In this document: positions 38,396-50,934 of the stretch, piece after piece
How positions within the stretch are numbered: the stretch's first letter is position 1
How the letters are laid out: every line of letters starts with the position of its first letter
From: Albugo candida
Taxonomy: Eukaryota
NCBI GenBank assembly: GCA_040437565.1
Contig: JBDOQK010000012.1
Span: forward strand, 186,001-250,000
DNA length: 64,000 nt
Reading direction: 5' to 3'
Notes under the pieces: generated by a model
Database searches by the model: none
Seen by the model: only the letters and a program-made list of their open reading frames with translations
What the model was told of the DNA's origin: nothing
Position numbers and translations under genes: made by a program

Positions 38396-41300
38396 TCAAC
38401 TATGCGGCTCCAACATATACGCTTTTCGTTGACTTTGTCCCAGACAGTGCAACACAGATGAGCTGTCTCTCAAAAGCTGTTTTGGATCACCCGCTTCGAT
38501 GATCTGACCGTTGTCAAACACGAGGACGGTGTCACATCTCCGAAGAATATCCATCCGATGCGCTATAATGAGCACTGTGGCGTCTTTGAATACTCTTTCA
38601 ATCATCTACTCGTTCAAAATTAGCCAAACAGCGACACAACTGAATATCTTCATACCTGTAGGATGAGATGCTCAGTTGTCGGATCGATGAGAGAAGTGGA
38701 TTCATCGAGAAACACGACTTTGCTATGGCGTAAGAAAGCTCGTGACATACATAGTAATTGGCTCTCTCCCTGGCTGAATGTCCCTGGTAGCACGTCAGCA
38801 GCAAGACCTCCGAGTGAAGAAATCACGTCGTCAAGCTGACATTTCTTCAGTGCACTCCATATCTCATGATCTTGAAATTCGTTGCCCAGATCAAGGTTTC
38901 GTCGCACCGTTCCGGAGAATAGCGTCTCTTCTTGAGGAATATACGTCAAACGTCTTCGTAAAGTCTCGAGTGGAAGCTTCATGAGATCGACACCGTCAAT
39001 TTCGATGCTGCCAGAGGCCCAGCCAACGGCTCTAAAGAATGCATTGAAAAAGGTCGATTTCCCTGCTCCAGTACGACCACAAATGCCAGTTCTGGAACCA
39101 GCACGAAGCTCACAACTAACATTGTTCAGGATGAGGATTCCATCATGTCTCTGTCGAGCGCTTGCTCGCCAAGAATGCTGCACAACGCTTAGTGTCTTCA
39201 CCGAAACCGATCCATTCTCTGGCCACTTGACCCATAAAGCTTCGTTTTTATTTGATGCGCCAGACTTTTCGTTAGCATCCTCTGGTGGAAGATCACGATA
39301 CTCATGCACGCGTTCAACAGAAATTAACTGACGTTCAGTATCAATAAAGCTGTTCAGCACCGCATTCAGCTTGCCGACAATAGGGAGAGTATACGTGAGC
39401 GTGAGCCCAAGAATACTTGTGTTCACATGTTTGGTCAATTGGAAATTCACAACAGCATATATTGCCACAGAGGACGTGATGCAGACCCCTAAAATATCCA
39501 GACGGATCCCAAACCAGCCGCTTGCACTGCTGCTCAGAAAAACAATTTTCTGGCTTCGTTCCAAGACCTCTGTATACATGGCTGCGTACTTTGACTCGAG
39601 CCGCATCGAACGAATGACTGAAAGCCCACTCAGAGTGTTGGTGAATGTATTGAGGATTGGAGACTGCGTAACAGCGTCCAAACGCTTCAAATGACGTGAG
39701 ATCGGTCGATAAGCCTGCTGCATTTTGAAGCAGATTGCCGATAATGGAAGGAGCACGAGCAGCACGACAGCATTTTCGTACATGAGAATCACTAAGGAAC
39801 CAGTTAGCTCTACGATCTCGCGAATGAAAATGTTGAAACTGAATGGGAGCGAATCATCGATAGCGAATGTGTCTCTATTGAGACGATTGACAATCCGACC
39901 AGTTGACTCGTATGTGAAGAAGGATAATGGTGCCCGAAAGACACGATCACTAAGCCTTTGGTAGCTCTTGGTTGCAGCTTGAATGCCTCCAAATGCGAAT
40001 AAAAAAGAGCGAAAAAGCACTGCCAAGCTGTTGACAATTGTGATACCAATTAACGCGTATGCAAACATATAAGGCGAAACTGTTGTTTGTGCATCGACAT
40101 AGTAAGCAATCCAGAAATCCAATCCATTTCGTGAGCTCTGCATGATGATAACCGCGACACATATCCATCCTAAGGTCCACTTCCCCATCGATTTCACATA
40201 CTGAAGCCACACGGCAGATGCGACCGCACCGACGATACGAGTCTCTTCCAAATCTTCATTTTCATTTGAGACAATCAATGTCTTCTCTATTTCAGCCTGA
40301 ACGATCTCTTCCGCTGAATCAGAGTGATTGGTGCTTTGCTGTACGTTCAAGGATAGCTCACTCGATTGATCCATCTGGTCCTGGGCATTTTGACTTCGAT
40401 ATTCATCAAACGTTCCAGACTCGACCACTTTTCCGTGGTCCACTTGCAAAACTCGTATTTTCCAGACTCCTTTTTTGGCGATATTTTGCCAGATATCAAT
40501 TTGCTGTGTCACAACCACAGCTGTTGCCATCGGATGTATCACTTGCGAGAAATTAGGATCATTGGTGAGAGAAGAGAAGCAGCGATTGACGATTTTCGAC
40601 GCGGTGATCGGATCCAATGCGCTGAAAGGATCGTCGAGAAGTAGAATTCGGGACTGAGCGTACAGAGCTCTTGCAAGACCAAGACGAAGACGCTGGCCTC
40701 CGCTCAAACGCTGCCCACATTCGCCAATGTGTGTGTGGTCAAGAAATTCCATCTTGTTGATATCCGTGGTCAGGTCACATGTCACCAACACCGAATCGTA
40801 CAATACTTGGTCTATTTGGTGATTGTCTGGAGTCAGTGTTATGTTCTCACGAATACTCGCTTGAAATAGCCATGGACGCTGAGGAGCGAACGCTACCGGT
40901 GTATCAATACGGTGCATAGAACCCTCAACGAGAAGCATTTCACCGAGTATCGCATGCAAAAAGGAAGACTTCCCTGAACCGACTCGACCTTGGACAATAT
41001 AAATCATCCCGGATCGTAAATGAAGACTCGGCACCGTAAGCTGAAAGGTGCTTTTCGTCGTATTTTCGGCAGGTAGAAGTGCATCTGATGCTTTGGATTC
41101 TTCGATATCTTGCCGTGGATGCCAAGAAAAGCACGATCCGCCGGTGCTCACACTGATCGGATGAATGTCGTCCTGCTCAACGCCTCCAGCTTGTACCGAG
41201 TGACCAACTTTTTGGCTTTTCCTTTGGTGAAAAATAAACTCCTGGATCCGAATTGCAGAGATTCGAGCTTCCAGAAGGCCATTGATGATCCACGGAAAGT

Positions 41301-42867
41301 AATTAATCGGATAGATCAATCGATCCAATAGTGCGATTGCAGTGAATGCATTAGCAGCGGTGAGATCGTTTCCAGTGAAAATAACTGTTGCAAAGACGCA
41401 AGTTTGGACGATCGCTGGCATCGATGCCCAAAAAAATACACAAACGGCGTCAATGTACTTTCGGGCTTTTAATGGTCCGAGTTCGAATGTACGAGCATCA
41501 TTTTGTGATGCCAGAAATTCAGGTAGCCATCCCAGCAATTTGATCGTTTTGATCGATTGTACAATTTCAGTCATCAATGTGAGACGCTTGTCGCGGAATT
41601 GGAGCATTCGCTTCATATATTTTTGATTTTTTCTACCAAGAAATGTTTGTATCGGGAACATGCTTGCAATCAAGACCATTCCTGAGAGGAAAGCATACGA
41701 CACTGCATGATGGAGCAACGATAAAGCTACAATTATTTCCAAGGGAATCAACACGATGTCGAAGAGAGCATTGGGCAGCCCTGAAATGCGATTGAGATCG
41801 ACAGTAATCAAGCTGGTGATATGACCGATAGAGGTTTTTTGCTGCTTTGATATCTCGAGTAATGTTCGGTAAATTGCTGTGCTCAGTCCAGCACGAACAC
41901 GCATTTCAAAACGTTGCCATGATAGAGAGTATTGCGTGCTCATAATTGCTGCGAGGATGGATCGGATTGTCATTAGACCAGCGAGTGTATACCCCCTGGT
42001 TATCGACAGAGAATCGACTTGCTGGGAACCATCGGCCCATTCAAGAAAGAGCTTTAGAAGGATGGGACTCAATAAGCCGATACTTTTGTTGACGGCGGAC
42101 CACATTGCAAATATCCCAATTTCCCTTCCGTATAAATCGAATAACAGACGGAATAAAGATGGTTTGTCTCTATTCCTTCTCGTTTCTTTGGTCATTCCGG
42201 TCCAAAAACACTCAGCTGAAAGTTTTGTTGCGTCAGTTGCAGGAAGACTTGGAATATCTGGAAGCTCCAATCGTCGTTCACGGCCAAGTGCGATGTATCG
42301 TGATACCCATGCGAATGAAATACGGGACGCCCAGGACACAGTATCAAAATGCGACTGTGTCGACGCATTTTTTTCTTTAGTATGAAGAAATCGGCCAATT
42401 GACCATCGAGCAGTAGCCAAGACAACAAGTATAAACTCCAAGGTCATACGCCCTCCATTCTGTCTCGTATAGTATCCGTCATATACCAGCGCGCTGAAGG
42501 CGCAACTCACCCAAAAATGCAATTTTTTTTTACTGATAGAATCTCTTCTCATAAACAGTATCAAATCTCTGTATAGACAGATCGCGTAAGAGAAAGACAG
42601 CATGAAGGCCATAGCGTCCACCAGGAGCTATAACGGACACTGTGAGCCTAAGGATACTGCACACCAGCGAATTAAATGACCTACCAACTTCTCATTGACA
42701 GTATTTATCGCAAATTCCCACAAAAGGAATAACTGCATAGCAATCGCTGCGAAGAACTGCCAATAAAGCAGCAGATTCAGCACTCCGACCCAGCGCGTGT
42801 CTGATCCTTTATGGGCATTCCTCGAGATCGATCGCACCATGTGCCTCTGATCGAACGCGTACGACAT
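38396..42867 (-). CDS. ABC transporter subfamily C (ABCC10/MRP7, plant ABCC13-like)
   Basis: TMD-NBD-TMD-NBD layout; Walker A GRVGSGKSS and GRTGAGKST; signatures LSGGQ and FSQGE; 'FWASMP' and 'SRNGLDFWI' blocks typical of the ABCC10 clade. Intron 38606-38655. 5' end uncertain. Confidence 0.88.
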
Positions 42868-42900
42868 ACAGCTACAAATCGCGACAAATTGTAAGACTAC

Positions 42901-43132
42901 AAGAGAGCAATGAGACGCTACGGATCAATGCAGCGATTTTGTATTCACTTTGTGTTAAAATAAACCNNNNNNNNNNNNNNNNNNNNNNNNNNNNNNNNNN
43001 NNNNNNNNNNNNNNNNNNNNNNNNNNNNNNNNNNNNNNNNNNNNNNNNNNNNNNNNNNNNNNNNNNAAGAGAGCAATGAGACGCTACGGATCAATGCAGC
43101 GATTTTGTATTCACTTTGTGTTAAAATAAACC
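42901..43132. other. Assembly gap (100 N, 42967-43066) with 66-bp duplicated overlap
   Basis: 42901-42966 is repeated at 43067-43132. Confidence 0.95.
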
Positions 43133-43362
43133 GTATTTCGAGTCGAGAAAGAAGGTCCACGAGCATTTGTATCAGCTCCATTCAGCGCTCTTGCTGGAAG
43201 ATAAATTCCGTTTTAAAGACACCAGTGTGATGTCAAAGTACAGCGCTACCTATCTACGTAGATATTGACGTTATGAAAGGAGCTGTGTCGCCTTGGTGAG
43301 CTCCTCGGTGCTGAATTCTGTCAGATTCGACTCACTGCGTGTCTCGTGTGGCTGATGTCGTT

Positions 43363-43374
43363 TTTATCCAATCA
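43363..43374. promoter_or_regulatory. Extended CCAAT-box-like element upstream of SRP54
   Basis: TTTATCCAATCA about 35 bp before the SRP54 ATG. Similar words occur in other promoter regions (3506, 50739, 56095). Confidence 0.45.
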
Positions 43375-43407
43375 ATAAGCTTGATCAGCATCGATTTTGT
43401 ATCAAAA

Positions 43408-45551
43408 ATGGTTTTGGAACAATTGGGATCGAAACTTCAGAGCGCATTAGCGACCCTCAACACGACAACAATCGTTGATGACGATGTTCTGAACAATATA
43501 TTGAAAGATATCTGCGCAGCATTACTGGAATCAGACGTACAAGTCCAGCTCGTTCGTCAGATTCGAGACAATGTACGACTCACGGTAGCCGCTCATGAAT
43601 CTGCTGCGGGAGTCAATCGCCGACGCCTCATCCAGAAAGCTGTATTGGATCAACTCATACAGATTCTACAAAGTAAAAAGAAGCCGTTTAAGCTCAAAAA
43701 GGGAGGCTGTAATACCGTCATGTTTGTGGGTTTGCAGGTACGCGATAATTTGATGGAATAGCAGCACTCTTGATACTATCGTTGATTCATTGTAGGGGAG
43801 CGGAAAGACCACAAGTATTGCCAAGTATGCGCATTACTACCAACGTAAAGGCTGGAAAACTTGTATGGTTTGCGCGGATACATTCCGAGCTGGGGCGTTC
43901 GATCAGCTCAAACAAAATGCAACAAAACTTCGCATTCCGTTCTATGGAAGTTATACCGAGGCTGATCCTGTTCGAATTGCTGAACAAGGAGTCGCACAGT
44001 TTCGAGCAGATCATTATGAGCTCATTCTGGTGGATACGAGTGGGCGACACAAACAAGAAACGGATTTATTTGCTGAAATGAAACAAGTGGCTGCAGCAGT
44101 TCGTCCCGATGATGTAGTTTTTGTTATGGATTCAACTATTGGTCAAGCCGTTCATGACCAAGCGAGTGCTTTTGTTCAAAGTGTGGACGTTGGAAGTGTA
44201 ATTATCACCAAATTGGATGGACATGCAAAAGGTGGAGGCGCATTGAGTGCTGTTGCTGCTACAGGATCACCAATCATATTTTACGGCACTGGCGAGCATT
44301 TCTCCGAATTCGAAACATTCGATGCTCAACGATTTGTCAGTCGGATGATGGGGATGGGTGACATACGCGGACTGATGGAAGAAGTGAAGCAAAGTGGAAT
44401 GTTTGAAGATGACAAAGAATTCATAGCGAAACTCAACAAGGGATCTTATACATTCCGGGACTTGTACAAGCAATTACAAGGTGTGATGAAGTTGGGACCA
44501 TTGAGTAAAGTGATGTCAATGATTCCCGGCTTACCTCCCGGAATGAATCAAATGATGAATATGGGTGGCGGGGAAGAGGAAGGGTCCAAACGATTACGAC
44601 GATTCTTGTTCATGATGGATAGTATGACGGATGCCGAGCTCGATGGACAAGTTCCGATCAATCCATCGCGCCAACTTCGCATTGCCAAAGGCTCTGGCTG
44701 TGGGCTTTTCGAAGTGGATTATCTATTGAAATGTCATAAACAATTCGCATCTGTGATATCTCGGATGGGAAAGAGCGGTCTTATGAAAACTGGGGACGCA
44801 AATTTCGAGAAGCANNNNNNNNNNNNNNNNNNNNNNNNNNNNNNNNNNNNNNNNNNNNNNNNNNNNNNNNNNNNNNNNNNNNNNNNNNNNNNNNNNNNNN
44901 NNNNNNNNNNNNNNTGACATACGCGGACTGATGGAAGAAGTGAAGCAAAGTGGAATGTTTGAAGATGACAAAGAATTCATGGCGAAACTCAACAAGGGAT
45001 CTTATACATTCCGGGACTTGTACAAGCAATTACAAGGTGTGATGAAGTTGGGACCATTGAGTAAAGTGATGTCAATGATTCCCGGCTTACCTCCCGGAAT
45101 GAATCAAATGATGAATATGGGTGGCGGGGAAGAGGAAGGGTCCAAACGATTACGACGATTCTTGTTCATGATGGATAGTATGACGGATGCCGAGCTCAAT
45201 GGACAAGTTCCGATCAATCCATCGCGCCAACTTCGCATTGCCAAAGGCTCTGGCTGTGGGCTTTTCGAAGTGGATTATCTATTGAAATGTCATAAACAAT
45301 TCGCATCTGTGATATCTCGGATGGGAAAGAGCGGTCTTATGAAAACTGGGGACGCAAATTTCGAGAAGCAATTGGCGCGAAATCCAAATGCTGTGATGCA
45401 ACAGCTATCGAAAGTGATGGATCCACGCATGTTGGCGCAAATGGGAGGACCGCAAAATATGATGCGAATGCTAAAGCAGATGCAAGGGATGGATACGAAT
45501 TCAATGAATGAGATGGCTGCCAATTTTGGTGGCATGAAGCTTCCATTTTAG
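43408..45551 (+). CDS. SRP54: Signal recognition particle 54 kDa subunit (one gene, split by a gap duplication)
   Basis: MVLEQLG start; GLQ|GSGKTT across intron 43738-43795; DTFRAGA, DTSGRH and TKLDG motifs; Met-rich M domain. 44359-44814 is duplicated at 44915-45370 around the gap. Confidence 0.97.
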
Positions 45552-45742
45552 AATAATACATAAGATCCATAATGCTCGTGATTGCTCAGGTGTCTAAATA
45601 GAGTGGTTTGACCACCACATTAGGGTAATGACAGACTGGAATCAATGGATCGAACAGTGTCAAGATTCACACTTTCGGTATCAAATTCGCACGAGTATGT
45701 GCACATAAGCGTAAAACTAATTCGTCTGTAGGAAAAATTGCC

Positions 45743-47408
45743 ATGAACTTCCTTGGAGAGATGCGTGTGAGCGGATAGAAAGCTGCATTTTAACACTAAA
45801 ACAATGTATCACTTCATCACATGAAGCAAATGCTTTACACAGTCAAAGTGACGACGATGGTTTGAGCTATACCTATCAGGTCGCAAAAGATGATTCCAAA
45901 GATGTCGAGAAATGGAAAGATACGAATCGATCGGACGTTTGCAACATGAAAGACGTAACTTTGGCGATCAGAGAACTTTTACATATTTTGAGGTTCTTAC
46001 GAATCGTTTGCGTTGATTGTGAAGCTAATCAGAATCAATGCCACCAGTTTGATTTATTAAAAAAGGTTTCATCAACGAATTGTTCCGTTCCTCTCGTCCC
46101 ATCCTGATTGAATGACCCTACAGGTGCACCGTATTCTTCAGAACTGTTGCGAATGGATCGACATCGACGACAAAGTGATCCAAAAGTGAGCAAGAAAGTT
46201 ATTTTTCTAACTGAACTCTGACGATATTGCTATAGCGAGACTGTGCGCTTAATTCAAGTAGGACTTCAGTTTTCCGTCAATTATATCGTTCAGAACAAAA
46301 TGAATCAACAAGAAGCATGGGAACTCTTCTTTCCTGACGTTATACAAGTACGAAATTGTGGATTTTCACGCTGCAGGATTTCTAATCGAAGCCATAGAAA
46401 CTTCTAGTCGAGTGTCAAATGCACCGTAAAATAGTGGCGTACATGGTCGCGCTATTATACAACTGTGTCCATCCTCAAGAACACTTACACGAAGAGTTGG
46501 TGAGAACTGTGGAGATTTCTTGATATTCATTTGATGGAGATTTTTGACCGTAGGTTTCATCCCGAAGCCTCCTGTTGACGCTTTTACATCGATTTTTTTG
46601 GAACCAAAGTGAGAGTATAGATGCCACCGGTGAAGAATCGGAACCTCTCATAGACCCAGCACAAGAATGGCTGCATATCTTTTTTCGAGACTTGTATGCT
46701 CATGGTTATTTCAAACATATATACGATTCCATTGGAGCCAGTTTGATCAGCAAACTCTGGTCAAGAGTAACTCCGGAACAGCTTATTTATCTTCGTGTCA
46801 TGGACCAGTTGATACACGCCCAAGTATCAAGCTCCAACACACAAGAAAATGGTGACTGTCTTCACGATGCGTATGATTTCATGATAAACGTTTTCAAACA
46901 ACTCATACAGCAAAGTGACGATGATCGATCAGAAGAACCTGAGGAAGCTCGTAAGATCATTTGGGTCGGGCTGGAAAATGAGGCAAAATTGGTAATTCTC
47001 AATATATTCGGTCAACTGTGTCAGCTGGATCAGATAAGAAGCTTAGCAATCTCCAAATGTCTGTTACAATTGCTCGTCAATGAGCTCCAACGCGTATGGG
47101 AATTTAACCCGCAAAGTACACGCGTCAATCTCAAAAGAACCAAAGCGAACGAAAGGAGAGAGCCTTCCGGTTATCGATCTCATATAATCGCAGTCATTGG
47201 CAATATATGTTACCGAAGTCGTAACCACCAAGATTTGCTCCGTCAACTTGGCGGAATAGCGCTTGTGCTGAATCATTGCATCATTGATGAACGTAATCCA
47301 CTTATTCGAGAATGGTCGTTGGTTGCAGTCCGAAATATCTGTGAGGACAATGCCGAAAACCAGAAGTTCATTGCAGGTCTCAAGCAGCAGGATGCTGCGC
47401 TATACTGA
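45743..47408 (+). CDS. ATXN10: Ataxin-10 family ARM protein, multi-exon
   Basis: 'GYRSHIIAVIGNICY...QDLLRQLGGIALVLNHCIIDERNPLIREWSLVAVRNICEDNAENQ' is the Atx10 homology domain. Start and exact end are uncertain. Confidence 0.85.
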
Positions 47409-47628
47409 CGTGTGCTTAGAGACAGCAGCGAAATTCAGAAGTATATATTAGGAAATACACTGCATATTGGAGTCATACATGTAATTTGCGTTATCTTGAC
47501 TGGAGGTAATCTTGAAAAGAAAATTCTCCAGAACGAAGCAAAAGTCGCATTGAAGCAAATCAGTCGACAAAGTACTGTCACTGGTGTAACATTGTAGTGC
47601 AAGTATCGAGAATTCCTCTCTGACTGCA

Positions 47629-48427
47629 ATGGCTAGCAATAGTACGAGTCACTTTAAGCTTGTTCTACTGGGAGATACTGCTGTTGGAAAGTCCTGTTTA
47701 GTAGTTCGATTCGTACGCGAAGAATTTTATGAATTTCAAGAGCCGACAATCGGAGGTATGGAAAACAATTATCTCTAAAGAGCATTTGGGAGTGCGTATC
47801 ACTTTGTGTAGCGGCTTTCTTAACGCAAACTGTAAACCTGAGCGATGGTTGTGCAGTCAAGTTTGAGATTTGGGATACGGCAGGACAAGGTAGGAAGGGA
47901 AAGATATCTGGTGCAAAATTGATGCTTTCCTACTTGTAGAACGGTATCGAAGTTTGGCTCCAATGTACTATCGCGGAGCTGCAGCAGCGATCGTTGTGTA
48001 CGACGTAACCAATAAGGTTCGAGAGGTTCATCTACCCTAGAAAGTAAACTGATTCACTTAAGTAGGATTCATTCACTGGTGCAAAATCTTGGGTCAAAGA
48101 ACTTCAACGACGTGGTGATTCGAATGTCGTGATTGCTCTAGCTGGAAATAAGGCAGATCTGGAGACACGACGTGCTGTAACTCTTGAGGTGTCAAGTGAT
48201 GTATCGCGTAAATCGTTGGACCCCTCACAGTACACTCTTAGGAAGCGCGTCAGTATGCAGAAGACAATGGTATACTACACTTGGAAACCTCAGCAAAAAC
48301 TTCAGCAAATGTGAAGAATCTCTTTGTTGCAATCGCGACGAATCTCCCTAAATCCACCCCGCAATCGAACCGGGATGCGTTTCCCATCGCACAACCGATA
48401 GCCTCAAAATCGAAAGGATGTTGCTGA
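47629..48427 (+). CDS. RAB5: Rab5 GTPase, 5 exons
   Basis: Spliced translation: [14 protein letters not shown]...QEPTIGAAFLTQ...[20 protein letters not shown]...NKAD...ETSAK...KGCC stop. Mostly missed by the ORF track. Confidence 0.95.
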
Positions 48428-48562
48428 GTGTATTTGTACTCGAAATCGATACTTGAATCAAAACAATCATCTTTTTATTTCCTAAATGTAATTATCCGAG
48501 TAGCATCAAACTGCTTCCTCAGAAATGATAGCCAAATGCAACCATTCACTTTTAAAATTTGT

Positions 48563-49150
48563 TTATTTCTCCTTTCTCACTTCATCATCGATTCCTACGG
48601 TCGAATTGATTCCGAAAATGCGAACGCGATGAAATTCCGGTAGCTTGGCAAGAATCAGTACAAACCAAATCGGGAAATTGATCATCAAATGTTGCGTGTC
48701 ATAATCAGTAGTCACCGAGGCAAGCATGAATATCATTGTTGGCACTACCATCAAAAACTTTTTGGTACCTGACCAAGGGTGATTCTCATCGATCTGCTCA
48801 TAGAACGTTAGTTCCCGATAATCGCCCATACTGTTAGAGTCATCAGGAGATCCCTTGATCCAATGCATGATTCCGAAAGATATCTATTGAAGGAGACCAG
48901 TAACACGTAACTCCGAGGTGATTTCATGTCAATAACGTACCAATCCGTGTATGACATTGACCGCAGTCCAGACTTCATTTGCAGGAACGAAAAACGGCAT
49001 CGCCATATACGACATTCCAATTACAAGCACGTAGAATGTCCAGAAACCACGTGTTTCCATCCAGTTGACATTTTTGTTGATATTCACCGAGATATCGGCC
49101 TTCTCCATAAGTTTTTCTTCTGATGAAACGCTGCCTGATAACAATTCCAT
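48563..49150 (-). CDS. ORMDL: ORMDL/ORM1 sphingolipid biosynthesis regulator, 2 exons
   Basis: 'NKNVNWMETRGFW', 'WTAVNVIHG' and 'HWIKGSP...LTFYEQID...TKKFL...LAKLPEFHRVRIFGIN'. Confidence 0.95.
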
Positions 49151-49952
49151 CTATACAAGAGATATACGTTAAATACCGGTTTTATATGAGGTTTTAGAAT
49201 TCGTCTTTCCGAGTGTGTAAAGCCTCAAGTGTGGGATTGTCTCAGTCAGGGGTCAAAGTTCTGACTCACAAACAGTATTTATGGGTATGGATCGCTACAA
49301 ATTTTAACAAAGACCTGCTCTATAGTCTAGCAGTAACACATCCCCGTCTACAAGTTTGAGACATTGTGTGCTACGTGATTCAACGGCTTGATAAGACCTT
49401 CTTACAATAGTGAACCTTCCTAAAATGGACTTCGTGACTCGATGTCCAAATCACTGGTTTGACGTAACAGAACGGGTAAAGCGGTCATAGTACCGATCAG
49501 CAATTTTCCTTGCACTCTGAGCATACAATCCCGTCATAAAGGTGTTGTCACTGCTTCACTCTGTAGAGGAACATTTATCACGGTCATCGCATCATGGAAT
49601 TTGAGCAGACGATACTTTGAGAGAAAGCCCATTTGTGCTTTATCGTACCTTATCGTGAACGTGCATGCAAGCGAAAGTGCCATCGTTTTGCGGGAAACTC
49701 AACGCTCTAGAGAAAAACGAACTCGCTCTATTAAGAGAGTTGCGTTTTGAAAGAGTAGACGGCCCGTATATTCTCGGAACTTAAGAAGTTCGGATTACGC
49801 CAAGTCAACTCAAGTTTGGAACAGCGTGAGTACAGGACTGTACTCATGCAGTCCTGTACTTAGTTTAATGGCCTTCGGTAAAGTTTGACTTTGTTGGAAA
49901 CGGCGGCTGTAGAGTACTTGAAGTCTGGATACGTTGTTATTGTTATTTAGTG

Positions 49953-50677
49953 CTATGGAATGGGTTTGATCTATATGTCATAATGAACTTAGTGACATGG
50001 TTTGATAGCCGTAACAAAATGTTTGATACCTTGAAATGTAAAGTAATCAAGGAGAAGACAAGACACTTGAGATCCTGTACTAAATAGTACAAAACACGAA
50101 GTCCGTCTGGATCCTTACTGTCCTGAACATCCAATAACGAGCCGATTTTTGAGCACTATGAGGTAGATACAATCGCATGAAGCAACATCCTGAAAATCTC
50201 ATCGGATCTTACATTGAATGATATATGCTCATCATCGAATACGACCTCCAGTTCTTGACGTCCAACGCGATCGGGTTCTGGCCAGTAACGATCATCTTCT
50301 CTATCAAATGGAGTTATCGGCCAAGATGTGATTCATCGTAAGCGATGTTTTATACTTTGTGATTTCACTGTCTTGAATGATGCGCTTCACTTCTTCCAAA
50401 ACAGCTTTCGACACGGTCACTAGTGTACAATTACATACGCGCAACATGTATGCTATAATACATTGGGTAGTAACCTTCTTTTCGAATCATGGAATCTCGT
50501 TTATAGTTTGAATTATTCGCATAGCGTAATTTGCCATCAGATCGAAACTCGAACTCCATAAACTCGTGTCCGAATTTTCCACGGTGCCCAACACTAATGT
50601 AGTTGTAACGTTATGCCGATGTGTATGAGTGTCTTTACGTACTAATAGCGAACGTAGAAATCTTCGCTTTTCGGCAT
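49953..50677 (-). CDS. MAGOH: Mago nashi (exon junction complex core), 6 exons
   Basis: Spliced translation: [23 protein letters not shown]...YANNSNYK...[14 protein letters not shown]...[24 protein letters not shown]. Confidence 0.96.
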
Positions 50678-50934
50678 CGGACAGCTATAATCAATTTATA
50701 ATCGATCACCTTGGTGGCTGTTATTTCCACACTACAATTTTATCCAATGTACGTGCGATAAATCACTCTCTTGCTTTTTGAGTGGCTGAATCCTCTCAGC
50801 AGAAGAAATCTACCCCACGACTGTCTCCTGCGTCATACTTGCGCTTATCTGCGTCGAACGGCAGCTTCTCGCTCAGCATCTTATATTCATCAGAACACAG
50901 TAGTAGAGTGTACGTTAAAATATCACAAAATCGT

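Noticed and set aside
38778-42385. Many 60-170 aa antisense ORFs over the ABCC, kinesin and giant genes
   Set aside because: Shadow ORFs expected opposite long coding sequences; no independent motifs.
37325-42867. Functional link between YAE1 and the adjacent ABC gene
   Set aside because: Yae1-Lto1 acts on the soluble ABCE1/Rli1, whereas the neighbour is a membrane ABCC transporter; the adjacency is probably coincidental.
44931-45551. Separate M-domain-only SRP54 paralog
   Set aside because: It is the 3' end of the single SRP54 gene after the gap duplication.
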